From contig NW_026851668.1 of assembly GCF_026571515.1 (NCBI RefSeq), forward strand, positions 62,001-126,000: a stretch of 64,000 nt of DNA, written 5' to 3'. Origin of the DNA: Ruditapes philippinarum. Lineage: Eukaryota. The notes under the pieces are model-generated. The model searched no databases, was not told the DNA's origin, and was given only the letters and a program-made list of their open reading frames with translations. The translations under genes and the position numbers were made by a program. This document shows, in pieces, positions 1 to 40,134 of this stretch (position 1 is the first letter of the stretch; each line of letters begins with the position of its first letter).

Positions 1-1398
1 ATATTCCCCCTTTAATGAATTTTGAGATGGATCTGCATTCGAAGCTATCTCGACATTCGTTCAAATATCTATCTCAAAGCTGGCTTTAGATTCAATGCGC
101 GCATGATATTTGCGTTATGTACAAAAGAAATTGAATACCTATGTTAGAGCCAGCTCTAAGTTTTAATGTATAAATGCTTTCTTGATGTTCGACCTTTAGA
201 AAAAAATCAATATCGATCTTAGAGCTGGCTAATACGATAGTCCTTAAAAATGAATATCGATCTGGAGTTAGATCGAAGCTGAGGATTTTGTTAACTTTTA
301 TTGAATTAAAATAACTCAGACCTAAGTCGGAGTTAAAATCTGGCTGGAAATTAATTGCTATATACAATTTCAGATCTCGGAGCTCTTAAAGTAAATAATT
401 TGTTTACAGGCTAGATTCTATATTGAGAAGATTTATTGTTAATTGCTAGAAAAGATGATAAAATTTCTTCTGGATAGTGCCCGGAATATGAACCCGGCTT
501 TCATTCTATAAATACTTTTCGCTATGGCCTGATAGAGTTGATTCACTCTTTTTCAAATCAACTTTTATACAAAACGTCCATATTAAACATATTACTGGTA
601 CCTTAATGAAATTGGATTTGTTCAATCCTCTTCGTCCTTACTCTTTTAAGTTTTATATTGAATCGGAATGCTGTGATATATGTTAAAGATAAAAATCTAA
701 AAAAAAAACACAATTACCATAGTAACAAATGCCCTTTGATCAAAATGATTTCTGACATTAAGGGAACGGCAATAATTCTGTTAAAATGATATGAAATGTG
801 ATAACACGAAACTGCACATTGTCATAAATAGTAATGGATTGTTTCGTTAGAATCAAAGATGTCCATTTACTTATCAACAGGAAACCATTTTAGTTGCTTT
901 TCATGTCAAAAATTGTACTTTGGTCGCTACAGAGAAAAAATGATAGATATTGTTTAATGCATTAAGGTAAAAAGAGAAAAATCTGTTTTTTATATTAAAA
1001 AAAGAGGGATTATTGGTATCATGTGTCGCCTGATGATAGCCAATTAAGCAGTTGTACTAAGCGGTGATTGACCAGTTTGTTCCATAAATGTCGTAGGCAC
1101 TTTGTAGCATGTTACAACTACTAAGTAGCAGGAGACACGAAGATTATTTACAAGCTAAAACGTTTTTGTTTTTTTTGTTGTTCAAGGGCAATAACTCGTA
1201 TCAGTCAATCTTGTAAAGTTTCACTCAAATTGATAAGTAGTATAAGACAAAACAAAACAAATAATAAATACATGTAATTTAAGAGTCATAACTCTGACAA
1301 AAACATAGAACTAGAAAATGCCGGAGATATGCACAACAAAACTTGATATTGATTATTCCTGTAAAGTTTTGATTGATTTACATCAGTAGTTTTTGAGG
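1..1398. repeat. Left arm of a large inverted duplication (may extend beyond the window start)
   Basis: Reverse complement of about 3991-5235; e.g. cagatctcggagctcttaaagtaaataatttgttt near 371 versus its reverse complement near 4898. Confidence 0.85.
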
Positions 1399-2119
1399 TA
1401 GTTGCATATTTGACTTTTCAAAGATAAATAGGTCGGATTTAGGGCAGACATCGCACACTTACCTCATTTCTGTTTGTAGTTTCTTTGCTTGTTATTGTAG
1501 ATAGAGAGATATTATGTTCTGGGATTGATGTAAACTGTGTTTGCAGAAATCATATGGTAGCTCTTACATTTTTTGTTTCTATGAACCCAAAATTGCTAAA
1601 TTCTAATAAATGCTTAGGCAGTAAATATACACTGTCGACGAAGTTTTGTTTTATACTACCTCTAAACATTCCTACTGCCAAGCGTTTGTGTTTCGAATAC
1701 ACATTTTTTCTTGCTACAAAGTTGTTAGCAGTCAACAAAAGTATGGAATTTTACTGACAAATAATGTTTCAATGCATGAAATGCCATAACAAAACTTGTC
1801 CGGAATACTCCTCAAAAGTTACTGGTGTAATTTCAGTACCAAGTCTTATTGTGCATATCGTCTCCATTTTACAGTTACGGCCCTTTGGTGATTTTTATTT
1901 TAAAAGTTTGTCCGCACTTCTTATATTGTACCAGTAATGTAATTTGAATGAAGCTTTTCAGAAATGATCGATAGCCTAGTTTCTTGCGCATATTACAAGG
2001 GTTTATAGATTTTTGGCTGAGTTTTGGCCCTTGAATAAAATAGGGTTTTGGCCGGTTAATAATTTTGTGTTTCCTGCTATACAGTAGCTAATACATGCAA
2101 CAAAGTAGCCACAACTTAA

Positions 2120-3914
2120 GGTGACAACGGAGTCAATTATCACTGAAAATACCTAAAATGAGATTTTTTGCTTAGTAGATTTATCAACCTTTTCTGAACA
2201 CATTCGTGATTTAATTTTGAAAGCAGTTAGTCCAAAAAATGTGTTTTTAAACGTTTTAAAACGGTACCTGTACCATTTTTATCTGCTATCGCGTAACCTG
2301 TCAATTATCGATAACGCTCCGCCCCCTGTTATGAAACATAAATAATAAAGCATAGCGACAAATCGCACGACCACGGGGTTGATTAAAAATATAGTTGCTA
2401 AAATATCCATAATGTGTGAAAATAATTTGTCTGTCCCGTTAATCTGATAGATATTACATTGAGTTTATGGACTTTTGTACGGATTCAAGGGCTTGCTTTA
2501 CATTCAACCTCGTTTTCTAACAATGTCAAGTAAAACAACAACAAAAACAGACAACATTTTTTATGTGAACGCCTATATGACTTGTGGTAAGGTGTCCCTG
2601 ACAAATTTCTAAACCATTTTAGGTTGTCTAAGGATGATTATTTCTCTATGAATCAATAAAAAAAGATAATAAAATAAATTATCAGTGAATGCTTTGAATA
2701 AATTGTTCGCTAGTAAATCGAACACAGTACTAATAAACCTGGGAGAAAGTTTGGAATTTCTTGTATATCCAAGCAGAAACTGGATCTCTATGCCGTGCAT
2801 AGATGATTTTCATGATAATAGAAGTCAAGAAGGTCAGATCATAATGATCGAGTGATACCTTTTATTTCTATTAAAATATGTGAAGCATTTATATCAATTT
2901 GGAGGAAAAAATTTATAATATCCCGTTCTTATTTGTACATCTACCATGGACTTTAAAAGACTATCAGAAGCTCCGGTTTTTTTGTTATTTTAATTTATAT
3001 TTTAACGGAATTTCATACACGAATACACATATAGAGTGACACTGGTATAATATAATAATGATGCTGATGATAATAATAATAAACTTCAAATGTGAAACAA
3101 TTAAATACCCCGCTAGCGGAGCACAAATACGTCCCATTTTCCCCCACCGAGTGCCTCAAATTTTTCACGTGACATGTGCGAACGATACCAGACTGACGGT
3201 AAATCACGTTAAGATTTGAAGAAATTTTTGTTATAAACTTATATTAATCAGCAACTTTTTAATTGGTCAGATGTCACTGGGTCATAAAATGTTGTTAGAG
3301 TATGTTATCGCAACTTGTGACCCTCTCTGGTGCGATATTTGTGTATTATGCAATTATTTAGCGTGAAACGTAGGGGTCCGAGAGAGAACAGCCGATTTAT
3401 GACACTTCGTTTGACGGGTCGGACTAACTTTGAATCGGCATAACTTTTTTAATAATCAAGCAATTAACATGCGGTTTAAAGCACATGAAAGGGAATTCAT
3501 TTACGGAGGGAACCGTGTCAGGGATTTTTGTTTGCTCAATCAGCGACTTAATTATCTTTAATTACGTAATATGTATGGTGAAAAAAGTCGCATAAAATGT
3601 TTGACGTTACGTAATATTTTTTTGAGAAAAGATAGAAAAAATTTGAGACACGGTTCCCCAGATATTATAAGTATGTTTATTTTCCAAAAGTTTGATGACA
3701 AAAAAAATAAAAAATGACTTTGATATGACGATTTAAAATTTTAGGATTTTTATTAAAAATCAATCATTTACAAAGGCATTTTTTCAAATATGTTATTTTT
3801 TATGATGATCAACGACATTTAATGCACAAAGATTAAATAAATAACAATTATTACTAAAATAAGTTGGTTTAAATGACATTTATGTGAGTACCACGGAAAG
3901 TGTCTGTTGTCACC
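2120..3914. mobile_element. Non-autonomous Kolobok-like DNA transposon (1.8 kb)
   Basis: TTAA-GGTGACAAC ... GTTGTCACC-TTAA: TTAA target duplication with purine-purine termini; no transposase ORF. Confidence 0.7.
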
Positions 3915-3990
3915 TTAAAAGGATTATTATTTTGTTTTCTGTCCGTAAGTCTATCCTTGTGTCCGTCTGTCCAAAATTTGTCCGGACTTC

Positions 3991-5235
3991 TCCTCATAAA
4001 CAACTAGCTCAAATCCATCAAATCTTTACAGGAATAATCAGTACCAAGTTGTGTTGTGCATATCTCCTGCATTTTTAATTCTATGTTTTTTGTCAGGGTT
4101 ATGCCCCTTAAATTATTTTTTTTTGTTCTGTTTTGTCTTATACTACTCATCAATTTGAGTGAAACTTTACAAGATTGACTGATACGAGTTATTGCCCTTG
4201 AACAAAAACACGTTTTAGCCAATAAATAGTTTTTGTGTCTCCTGCTATTTAGTTGTTGCAACATGCTACAAAGTACCTACGACATTTATGGAACAACTGG
4301 TCAACCACTGCTAAGTACAATTGCTTAATTGGCAATCATCAGGCACACATTATACCATTTATCTCACTTTTTTTAATTTTCTTCTTTTTTTTACCTAAAT
4401 GCATTAAGCAGTATCTATCTTTTTTTTCTCTGTAGCGACCAGAAGTACAATTTTTGACATGAAAAGCAACTAAAATGGTTTCCTGTTGATAAGTAAATGG
4501 ACATCTTTGATCCTAACAAAGCAATCCATTACTATTTATGACAATGTGCAGTTTCGTGTTATCATATTTCATATCATTGTAACGGAATTATTGCCATTCC
4601 CTTAATGTCAGAGGTTATTTTTATCAAAGGGCATTTGTTACTATGGTGATTGTGATTTTTTTAGATTTTCATCTTCCGATTCAATATAAAGCGTATTCAA
4701 CAAATCCAATTACATTGAAATATCCGTAATATGCTTAATATTAAAAGTTGATCTGAAAAAGACCTGATGCAACCTGTCAGACCGTAACGCGGAGTATTTA
4801 TAGTAAGAGCCACGGGTTCAAACTCCGGGCACTCTGTGGATTCTCCAGAACTTTTATCATGTTTTCTAGCAATTAACAATCAACTTTTTCAATATAGAAA
4901 CAAATTATTTACTTTAAGAGCTCCGAGATCTGAAGTCTTACATCGAAATAAATTTCCAGCCAGCTTTGAACTCCGACCAGGGTCTGAGATTATTTTTATT
5001 CAATAAAAGGTGACAAATCCCCTGCTTAAGTCTAACTCTGAGATCGACCAAGGGTGAATAGCGTATTAGCATCAAGCTAAGATCGATATTGATTTTTTTA
5101 CTAAAGGTTGAACATCCAGCTAGCATGCACTAATAAATTAAAACTCACAACTGGCTCTTACGTCGATATTACGATTCAATATCTTTTGTACATAATGCAA
5201 ATTCAAAGTCAACTCCGTGTTCGATATCAAAATTC
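3991..5235. repeat. Right arm of the large inverted duplication
   Basis: Collinear reverse-complement match to about 100-1398 with scattered substitutions and indels. Confidence 0.85.
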
Positions 5236-6585
5236 TCAAAAGATAAATATCGTTCAAAATATTAGAGAAGCAGTGTGCCAGCAAATTTAAGACAGTGCTA
5301 AGTTTTTATTTGCAAAAGGCAAATACTAGTATCGTGTTAACATCGAACACAGAGTAAGATTTGAGAAGGACTTTCTTGAAAATGGATATTGTCCTAGATC
5401 TTGTACTGAATCTCGCCACCAATCAGGTTACGACTAGTTTTGACTTCTAGAGACCTTTTTGGGGTCGCTTGCATTAGTCTACGTTTGTTCCTGTGACTAT
5501 CACAGGTTTCAAGGAATCACGATGCCTATGAAGATTATGGCATTCCTTTACTTCTATGGACACTTTCGGGTATAGTAATTGCGCGGACTCTTGCAAAGGG
5601 GTATTCTTTTTGTATGCAATTGCATTGCGTTCAACTCCTCTCAAATTTTTTAATTAAAAAGGCACTGTATGACCGAGATAACCGATATATGTCATGTATG
5701 TAGCTATGTCAGCGTTTTTTGTGTTGAATAAAGTGGTAAATAATAAAAGTATGCCATGCTTTCAAAATATACAGTTGCGTCCTCGGTTTTTTAAATTTAT
5801 GGCTTGTTTTAGGAGCCTTTATAGTGAGTACAAATATATAAATTAAGTTCTATGAATTCATACGAGTATAAAGACTTATTCACTATGTGCTTATAATAAA
5901 CATCATACAGATCATGCTGCGGAAATTATGATTTTGATAGTTATATAAATGTTCCGATTTATGCCCTTCATATCAAATAGTTTAGTAAGTAGATACTCGT
6001 TATTCATAATTCATGTTTCCCTATTCATATTCATATCATACAGCAAGTGGATTAAAAACCTTATAACACGCACGCTTGCGCAATTTTCACTTATATAAGT
6101 TAAAACAAATAAAAAAAACTCCACTGACTATTATAAAATGTGCACTCGTTAAGTAGTTGTTTATGCTTTATTACCATTAAATTCATTATATTTTTCATTT
6201 CACCAATATTTAATTATCTTTAAGTTATACATGTTAAACGTTAATCGTACACATAGTATAGTAAGAATTTTTATGGCCAAAAAATTATCATAATGTTTGG
6301 AGCATTCGGTATGTGGGGGGGGGTAATTCTAAAGCGTTCACGTTCAATTTTACTAAACGTCTTAAATTTTGGGGAACAACTTAATGATTATGTAATTACA
6401 TTTTTCTCTTATACAATTGTAAATTTCGAAATGAAGATAATTACTTCTTGGAAGTCCTTTTTGACAAAATAAACGAATACAAGAACCACAATAGGTAAAG
6501 CAAGGAAAAAAAACGTATGTGACGACGAGAGGAGCGGCGGGCGTGACCCGCATCGTCGGAAAGGTGTTGTTGAGGCGACTTGTCA

Positions 6586-6959
6586 TAGGCTTGTCTCTAT
6601 GAAAACCGGAGCTTATACATGTATATGCACTCCCTGTATTAAAAACTATACAAATCTTTCAAAAGAGATCGATTCATTTAACCTTTTTTCCAAAATTTCA
6701 ACTTTATTTTATGTTGAATTTCTTCCTGCTCTCATTAATATCAGTTTCAAATGCATGCTTTAATCTGTTTCCGATAAATAAAGATTCATTTGATAATTTC
6801 ATTCAGTGGGTTAACCTGTGTTTTATATAGTTTTAATAATTTGTAAAAATGCATGTTTGTTGTTTCTCGTGTGAAGAAAACTGCTTAGAAAGTGAATTTC
6901 TTTGTCATTAAAGTTGAAAATGGTGAACGGAGGTTTCCATAAAGAAATCAAGCCCTATA
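6586..6959. mobile_element. Degenerate MITE
   Basis: Imperfect TIRs ataggcttgtctctatgaaaacc / ggtttccataaagaaatcaagccctat. Confidence 0.45.
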
Positions 6960-9900
6960 ACTTTACTTATGGCCAAAAGCAAAATATTATATAGTTATAT
7001 AGCCAATTAAGTTAATACAGTTTTGGAGACAGGACACCAAAAAAATAATAACACACACACAAAATAAAACAACAGAAAAACCCTACAGATAAAAAGAAAA
7101 CATTATTTTGAGAAAGAAAAATAATGGTATTATTTTATTGTACTACTCGTATTTCACATTTGCCATTTAAATGAAGAAATAGAAAAAAGAACATACCAAA
7201 TTAATTTCTGATTAGTCTAGACACTGGGAAAGGTTACATAAGCATAGTGTATAAATTTGCAATAAAATATATTCATTCAAAATAAGATATATGCGGCCTT
7301 TTCGTAAAATACAATATTTGAGGTAGATTACAATGTACCTTGTGATCAGAAAATAACTATCAAGCAAGTGACATTGTTGCTATAAAATGATATATTCAAG
7401 TGAAAGTTGTGTAATAAGATATATCTAATAATTCCAGTGACAAATTGTATAACTATATAATTGGTAACATCATAAGAATACGTAATATTGTTGAACTTTT
7501 ATAATTGCGTGACCAATATTGTTGCTTTTTAATCTTTTTACAGTTCTCTTAAGTAGAAATTTAACATAGAATTCTGAATTTGGCCATTACAAAAAAGAAA
7601 ACTCGCAAAAATGTACGACCGGATTTCTTTACATATTCTGTAGCATAACCATAATAAATGTTGAAATGTGATAAGTTAGACATCGACATATGAATATGAA
7701 AGAGTTTTTTTAACATTTTGAATTGATAAGATAATACAAGGTTTCTCCCTAAAAAAAATCGTAAAAATTGGTGTCCATTTGTTATGTAAAATATATTTGC
7801 TTGTTTATTTGTGACTTTGTAATTTCAATAGAATTATATACTTTTTGTACACATTGCTGGCATCAGAATATAAGTTATTGTTTTGTTTTGTTTTGTTTTG
7901 ATTTTGCTTATCTATTTTCTCCTTGCTCCACGTTTGAATATTATTTTAATTTTAATTTTTACTTTATTTCAATCCTTTTGTTGAATCTTTTATGTCTTAC
8001 ATACTGTTTGGTTTTGATAACATTTGTCTCTAAGAAACTAACTATTGCATACATCTTTTTTTCCATTTTCAAATCTTGCCTTTCAAGCAGCACTAGAATA
8101 AAAGCTTAATGAGAAATTGTTATTTTTATGAATTTAAAGCATCCATAAAATGTGTCGTGCATGTTTGTATATGCCTTAAGAAATTTTAAAGTGCTCGTCC
8201 TTTTAATGCTGTCTTTCAATGTTGGGATTCACTTTCAATTTTACGGCATTCTTTTTCACATCCTTCCTTAGGTATTACATATATGAGAAAAGACAATGTG
8301 TATCAAAACATATTTTCTATCGAGATAATTAGCTTTCATTTTCCATAAAAAGATTACTACCTTCATCTGAGAAGTCAATCGAAGAAACATTTCGATTTGG
8401 AAATCAGATAAATGCTTAGCAGAAAAAATCATGAAATGTTAAAGTAATGTTATATGTTAAGTTGTACAGTGTTAACACCACATTCTAACAGAATAAAAAA
8501 TATAGCATAAAAATAACTGGTAAGGGAAATAGAAATGTGGAATTGCCGAGTTCAATGGTTACATTAAGATATTTCATTGAACAACAAATGATTAGATGAC
8601 ACGTTACAATAACAAGCACAAAACAAGCACAAAGCTTTTACAGCCAATTCCCTGGGCAACTGTGTTGGACAAACTTTCCTTCATTTGCTTGAGGAGCTCC
8701 TACTTTAATGAGAGATCAAAGTATGAATGTGTTCAATTTGTTGTAATTCTATATTAGCTAATAATGTATCTTTTACATTATGATAAACGTTCATTTCTTT
8801 AAAAAAATCCTTTGACGAAAGCACTTAAGTATCACTTGGTAATGAGAGTCCATTTAATTCATTCTTTCTTTAAGTAAAAATTGTGTTAAAAATATGTGGG
8901 TTGAGACGAAAAGCCAAAAAGTATAAACTCATACGCATTTGGGCTCCTTTGGTTTTCATTCTGCAGATAACATTTTACTATTTACGCGATTGCTCGCTTA
9001 CTATCGTTACTGTTCCGCTGACAACATTCTTTTCTCCGATCATTTTATCAATGTTGAAAAAATATCATTTAACTATGTTAACAAGTGATACTCGTTTAAA
9101 TAATGTTTTAAATAATCAAATAACATTAAAGAATAGTCAAGCAAAATTTCCTTTCTATAGTTATATAAGTGCTAATTCTTCTTTATAACTTTTTGAATAT
9201 ATTTCATTAAAGAATACTGTAGTCAAGAGAAACTTCTTCTTTATAATTTTATAATATTTTTGCTTGGATTGCTCTTTTAACATTTTAACTGTTCTAGTAT
9301 ATTTATATGATAAATATTTGTATATATTTCTTATCAAAACTTGTTTTTCATTGTTTTTACAAGATATTTTGGGAATTGTATTGTATTATTTTTCGGTTGC
9401 TAAGTAACAGGATTCAATATCACACTCGCAAAGTTGAGACTCTGATTAATATGAAACTTATCCCTCGACATTATAATGTTTATTATTGAATATATATTTG
9501 TTGTGATGGTATATAGTTAAAAATCACCTGTTCAAAATGTAATTTGTTGGTCGTATTTCCGATTATTGAAATAGCAGTGCATCTGAAAGATGTTGGCGTT
9601 TATTTACATAACCTTTGTATCATGTTAAGAGCTATTTCCAGTTAATGTTTCAGTTATCATTTCGATTCGGACAAGCACATGATACTTTGCATATGAACAA
9701 GAGGAATTAACAATTTTAAATTTCATGCCATTTCGGATAAAAAAAAATCAACATATGAAAACCATTAAATTGGGGGCGCATTTATTTTTATCTTAAAACA
9801 TATTAACTTTAAATTTGCAGCTTTGAACCCTTTAGCCTAGTAGCAGCAACAGAGTCTATCGAATTTAACAGATTCTATTGAAAGACGACCATGCCATTGT

Positions 9901-11077
9901 AAGGTATATAAGGTGGTAAGGGTTAACACCAACATCATTGCTTGCGTTCAAGGAACTTCTCAATATCGAGTATTTGGATGAGATTTTAATCGTAGGTGGT
10001 TTAATTAAAGACAAGGTTACACATTTGGCAATCTGTTTCTGTAAATGATATAAGCACAGATAATTAAACATGATGTTATTTGTTGACACTGTCTTAAAAT
10101 GCATGTAATATCAATAGTGCAAAGCATTATTGTTACCATCATTCTTGTTATCAATGTTTATGTATCATTTATGCAAACATTGAGTGTTGAAACGATTTTG
10201 GCGTCCGGTTTGGATTTGTTTTTCTATTTGTCCTACGTTCCTTTTAGATATCAAATACCTTTAATACAATTTTCATTTACAAATATACATGATAAACCCA
10301 TATCATCACCTACCAACACCTACCTACCCACCACCTACCAACACCTACCTGCCTAACCTACCAACCAACGAACCGTATCTCATTATTTTTAACAAACTGA
10401 TATGTATATGCTCTCATTTTGAATTATGCGGTACCATCAAAAGTGTTTCGTTATAGATTAAGTATCAAGTGCATGTGAATGGTTTACAAATATATCAATT
10501 GATAAAGCTATTAGATTTAAATTTCCATCGGTTATACTATGATACATTCAAATCGCATTTCGAAAATAAAGAAGACATTGTTGTTTTGACAAAGGGTATA
10601 ATATTTTGTAACACGCACATTTTGCCAACATATGATGCTGTGAATATAATTAAGCTTTCACATATGACAATAATGGTTAATTTCCCTCTGTGCAATTATT
10701 CACGCAATAAAGCGACTGTGAAAGCATCAATGCAATAAGTAATATTTTTTCTAACCACAGTCAAAACATTACAACATTTCTATATTTTATAATAAAAGTA
10801 AAACATCAATGTTCAGCCGCCTTAAAACCATTATAATATTCTGAGAATTTATTGGCTACAACTAAGTCTTCTGTCCTAAGTTTATCCTTTTTCTCGCTTA
10901 GTAATATGTAATATATCGAAACTTATTTTCAGCTACGAATCTATCCTATCTTTGTTTAACAATATTTTGGTGAATTTCTCTGTAATGGAGGGTATGTGAT
11001 TAAATAAATATTTTCTTCCACAGTATTTAGTGTCAGGAATAACAAGAAACCACGAAAGAATTATATATGAATGGTGT

Positions 11078-11312
11078 TGGTAAGTGTATGGTTAAGGTTG
11101 ACTTCAAACCACTTGCCCCTCACCGCTGTTGGTTCGAATCCCGACAGTTTGAATTCATTCATGTGAGGAATCTATCCAGCTAGGTTACGATTGTCGGTGG
11201 TTCTACTCAGCTGCTCGTTTATGCCTGAGAGCACCTGAGGTCTTCCTCCACCAGCAAATCTGGAACGTCGCCATATGGCATATACTGTGCCGTAAAACCC
11301 AATCAAACAAAC
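11078..11312 (+). mobile_element. tRNA-derived SINE (molluscan V-SINE/RUDI-like)
   Basis: A-box-like tggttaagg, B box ggttcgaatccc, body catgtgagga...cacctgaggtcttcctccacca, (aaac)n tail; same family at 21586 and 60483. Confidence 0.75.
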
Positions 11313-11694
11313 ATGGTTTTTGTGTTTTGTAGACTAATTCACTGGAAAATGTACTAATTGTAGACCAATTCAGTTTACATTACGGTTCAAACACACATGA
11401 TAGACAGCAAATCATTTCAAGTTAATTTACAATTTCATTTTACTTCTGTAAGTAACATTGTCTTTTGTTAGCGCTAGTAGCACTAACAGAAACATACTGT
11501 AGTATGAAAAGGCGTCTTTTGTTAGTGCTAGTAGCAGCCTAATAAGTCTAATAAAATTGTGCTAGTAGCAGCTAACAAAACAGGATCGGGTGTTTAGACA
11601 CATCGCTAAATAAAATGACGTGCAATAGTGCATCATCTTTAAAAAAAAGATTGTTTTTGTCGGTAATAAAAATTACAGCGGCAGCGTCAAATAA

Positions 11695-11820
11695 GTTTCG
11701 AAAAATAAAACATCATCATTTGGGGTATTAGAAATTAGAGTGGCAGCGGCACTTAAGTGTCGAAAAATAAAACATCATCATTTGGGGTATTAAAAATTAG
11801 AGTGGCAGCGTCAGATAAGT
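11695..11820. repeat. Tandem duplication of about 62 bp
   Basis: cgaaaaataaaacatcatcatttggggtatta...attagagtggcagcg occurs twice. Confidence 0.75.
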
Positions 11821-12520
11821 TTTATGGCTTCATTCATCATTTATGGACTAACGAAGCATTTAATTTTCATCTTGATTAGACGTCTCCATTTATTCATCAT
11901 TTATTAAGAAAGACCAACTTAAACTTTCGTTAATTTCATACTGAGAGATCTATCAATGATCTAAAAATCATCAGTTATGTCATTCATGATGAATTATGCA
12001 AATCATCAATTTATTTCTTTTCATCAATAATTAAATGATTAAAACAGAAATTGACTCAAGAAATTGACACGTGACTCTGAAGCTGAAATCAGATCATTAA
12101 AGCTGTCCGTGATTTGGTTCAAATAACAACTAAGAAAATCATACATATATCCCTTTAATAAGTATCTTAATCAATATGGTACGTGATATTTATTTCTTAT
12201 AATTAACACTTTTTTTCTTTATCACTCCGCGAGAATGATCAATATCAAAATGCCAATTAGGGCTAATTTCTAGAAAATTTATCGCATTTATAAGGAATGA
12301 AAGTGTAAAAAAATAATCCCTACCATTTTTGATTTGCCTATTTTATCTAATAAGAAGCACATGTCATGTATGTCCTCTAATTTAGAGTTCGTTAATGAAT
12401 AAAAACCATACGTAAGTTTCTGTCTTTAAGGGGTAATTATAAGTGAAACCTTACATAAGGATCAGTCTTTAAGGAGTGCAAGTTAATGAAAATTGTGAAC
12501 TCAATGTAACTGTACGTAAT

Positions 12521-12536
12521 TTGTTGTTGTTGTTGT

Positions 12537-12579
<43 letters not shown>
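12521..12579. repeat. Compound microsatellite (TTG)n(CTG)n
   Basis: Seen directly. Confidence 0.95.
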
Positions 12580-12580
<1 letters not shown>

Positions 12581-12742
12581 ATGAAAAATTGGTGATTGAA
12601 AAACAAAGTCCTGCCAGTTTTGAAATAACACGCTTTAGGGACAGAAGAGGAAACACTATTGGAAAAGAGAACAAATAAATGAAACAGAAATGTAATTAAG
12701 TAGAAATGTAACTTACACTACAAAAATCATAAAACAACTGGC

Positions 12743-12881
12743 ATGGTCTCAAGGTTATAAAACATTTTTGAAATCAAAGGATTTTCATTGGTCCGTTTAA
12801 ATCACGTCCCAGTTTCTGACCAATCAGATGCCTGAGATTAACATTGGAGGTGAGGTAATTTTTTTATAATCTCAGGCCCTG
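12743..12881. mobile_element. Short MITE
   Basis: Imperfect TIRs ggtctcaaggttataaaa / ttttataatctcaggccc. Confidence 0.5.
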
Positions 12882-13430
12882 AATTGAGATTTAAAAAGAA
12901 CTGAGTACTACGTCATAGGAATTGTGATCTTTCTTATTAAAATCAAGGTACAAAGGACATTGATACTGAGTTGTGTCATAGCTTGGGGACTTTTCTGTTG
13001 AAAATATGTCAGAGTTAAATCGTACACATATGCATGCACAGTGCGTTAACTGGGTTGCAGTTATAAATTACCCGCACTCCAGAGCATGTCCATTGATTGG
13101 CTCATTTTATCTGGGCTTAACTTTTTGTAACGACAGAGAAATAGATAGCGTAAGAAACATCATATTCATATGCTCGTTTATTGGTTACTTTTTTTCTGGG
13201 GTTTCATATTGTGACAACAGGGATCGTGTTTTTATTTGTGCCTATGATATAAAAGAGAAAGCACATAAAAACACTCTGCAGTTTTTTTTATACTCCTACT
13301 CGTACATATCAGATAGCCTCGTGTTTCGATGCTCTTTCTGTTATATATTATGAATATTACATATTATGAATATCACATATTATGAATATTACATATTAAG
13401 AATAATGACATCTAAACATCTTTATTTCAG

Positions 13431-39254
<25,824 letters not shown>

Positions 39255-39410
39255 ACACAACTCACCAGCTCAAAAAATTGTATTTTGTAGTTTCATTTTA
39301 GAAGTCAAACATTGTTATTTCACTGTAGTGTGTATATCATAGTAAGTGAAAATATTGTCAGGGGAGGTAATTAGTAAAAGTATTAATTTTTTGGAATACC
39401 TTCTTTTACA

Positions 39411-39416
39411 AATAAA
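39411..39416 (+). promoter_or_regulatory. Candidate polyadenylation signal AATAAA of the rGC gene
   Basis: AATAAA about 160 nt after the stop codon; the hexamer is common in AT-rich DNA. Confidence 0.35.
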
Positions 39417-39870
39417 TTTTGTCATACATTTAGAAAAACAATGTACGTGTATTGCATATATTTTATATATATTGTACCTTATAAAACATCTTGACTTGCA
39501 CCCATTGGTTTAGCATATCATTTCTTCATGTTGACAAATCATTAATCAATATTTTACTTTCATTTAGAAAACAATTCCAGGCATAATTTCCCTTTATATA
39601 AATGGTATATAATGGTATAAACACATGAACCATTCCCTTAAGAATATGTGCAAGGACTGGTGTCTTCTATACCACGTGACTTTTTAACGACGAAGTAAGA
39701 AAGATTATTTGTCTATATGAACGCTGCAGTCGTAGTTTTATGAATGTACACAAATAGTCCAATGTAGTTAAAACATGTTTTGTTGAAACCCATATCGGGT
39801 CCTGTCATAGAGTCATAGGTAAACACTTTCAATGTCTGAACTTTTGTCATTAGAGCATTTCATATCTTAA

Positions 39871-40134
39871 AGGAACTCTACGGAGGTCCAAAACCCTAAA
39901 AACACAATAAAAATGAATTTCTTACAGAGATCAGCTGGAGAATTTAAAAGAGAAAGATATGTAAAAGATAATGTAGAAATATACTCAAAAATAAATTAAA
40001 AACAATTTAATCAAGCTCGATTTGAGTGAAAAGCGTTTCAACGCAATTGTCTGGACCTATCTACATCAAATAAAATATTAATCACAAAAAATATGTTCAG
40101 TCCTATCAAGTCAAGAAACCTCAGTGGAGTCCCT
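39871..40134. mobile_element. Kolobok-like MITE (same family as 18580)
   Basis: TTAA-AGGAACTCTAC ... GTGGAGTCCCT-TTAA. Confidence 0.7.

Noticed and set aside
11024-11079. Apparent small exon (cag...TG|gtaagt) in a phase compatible with 13431
   Set aside because: The donor overlaps a SINE head and the peptide has no rGC resemblance
11078-11150. Possible tRNA gene (A and B boxes); also 34588 and 35653
   Set aside because: No complete cloverleaf; each continues into a SINE body and tail
12437-12631. Poly-Q ORF
   Set aside because: Translation of a (TTG)n(CTG)n microsatellite without splice or homology support
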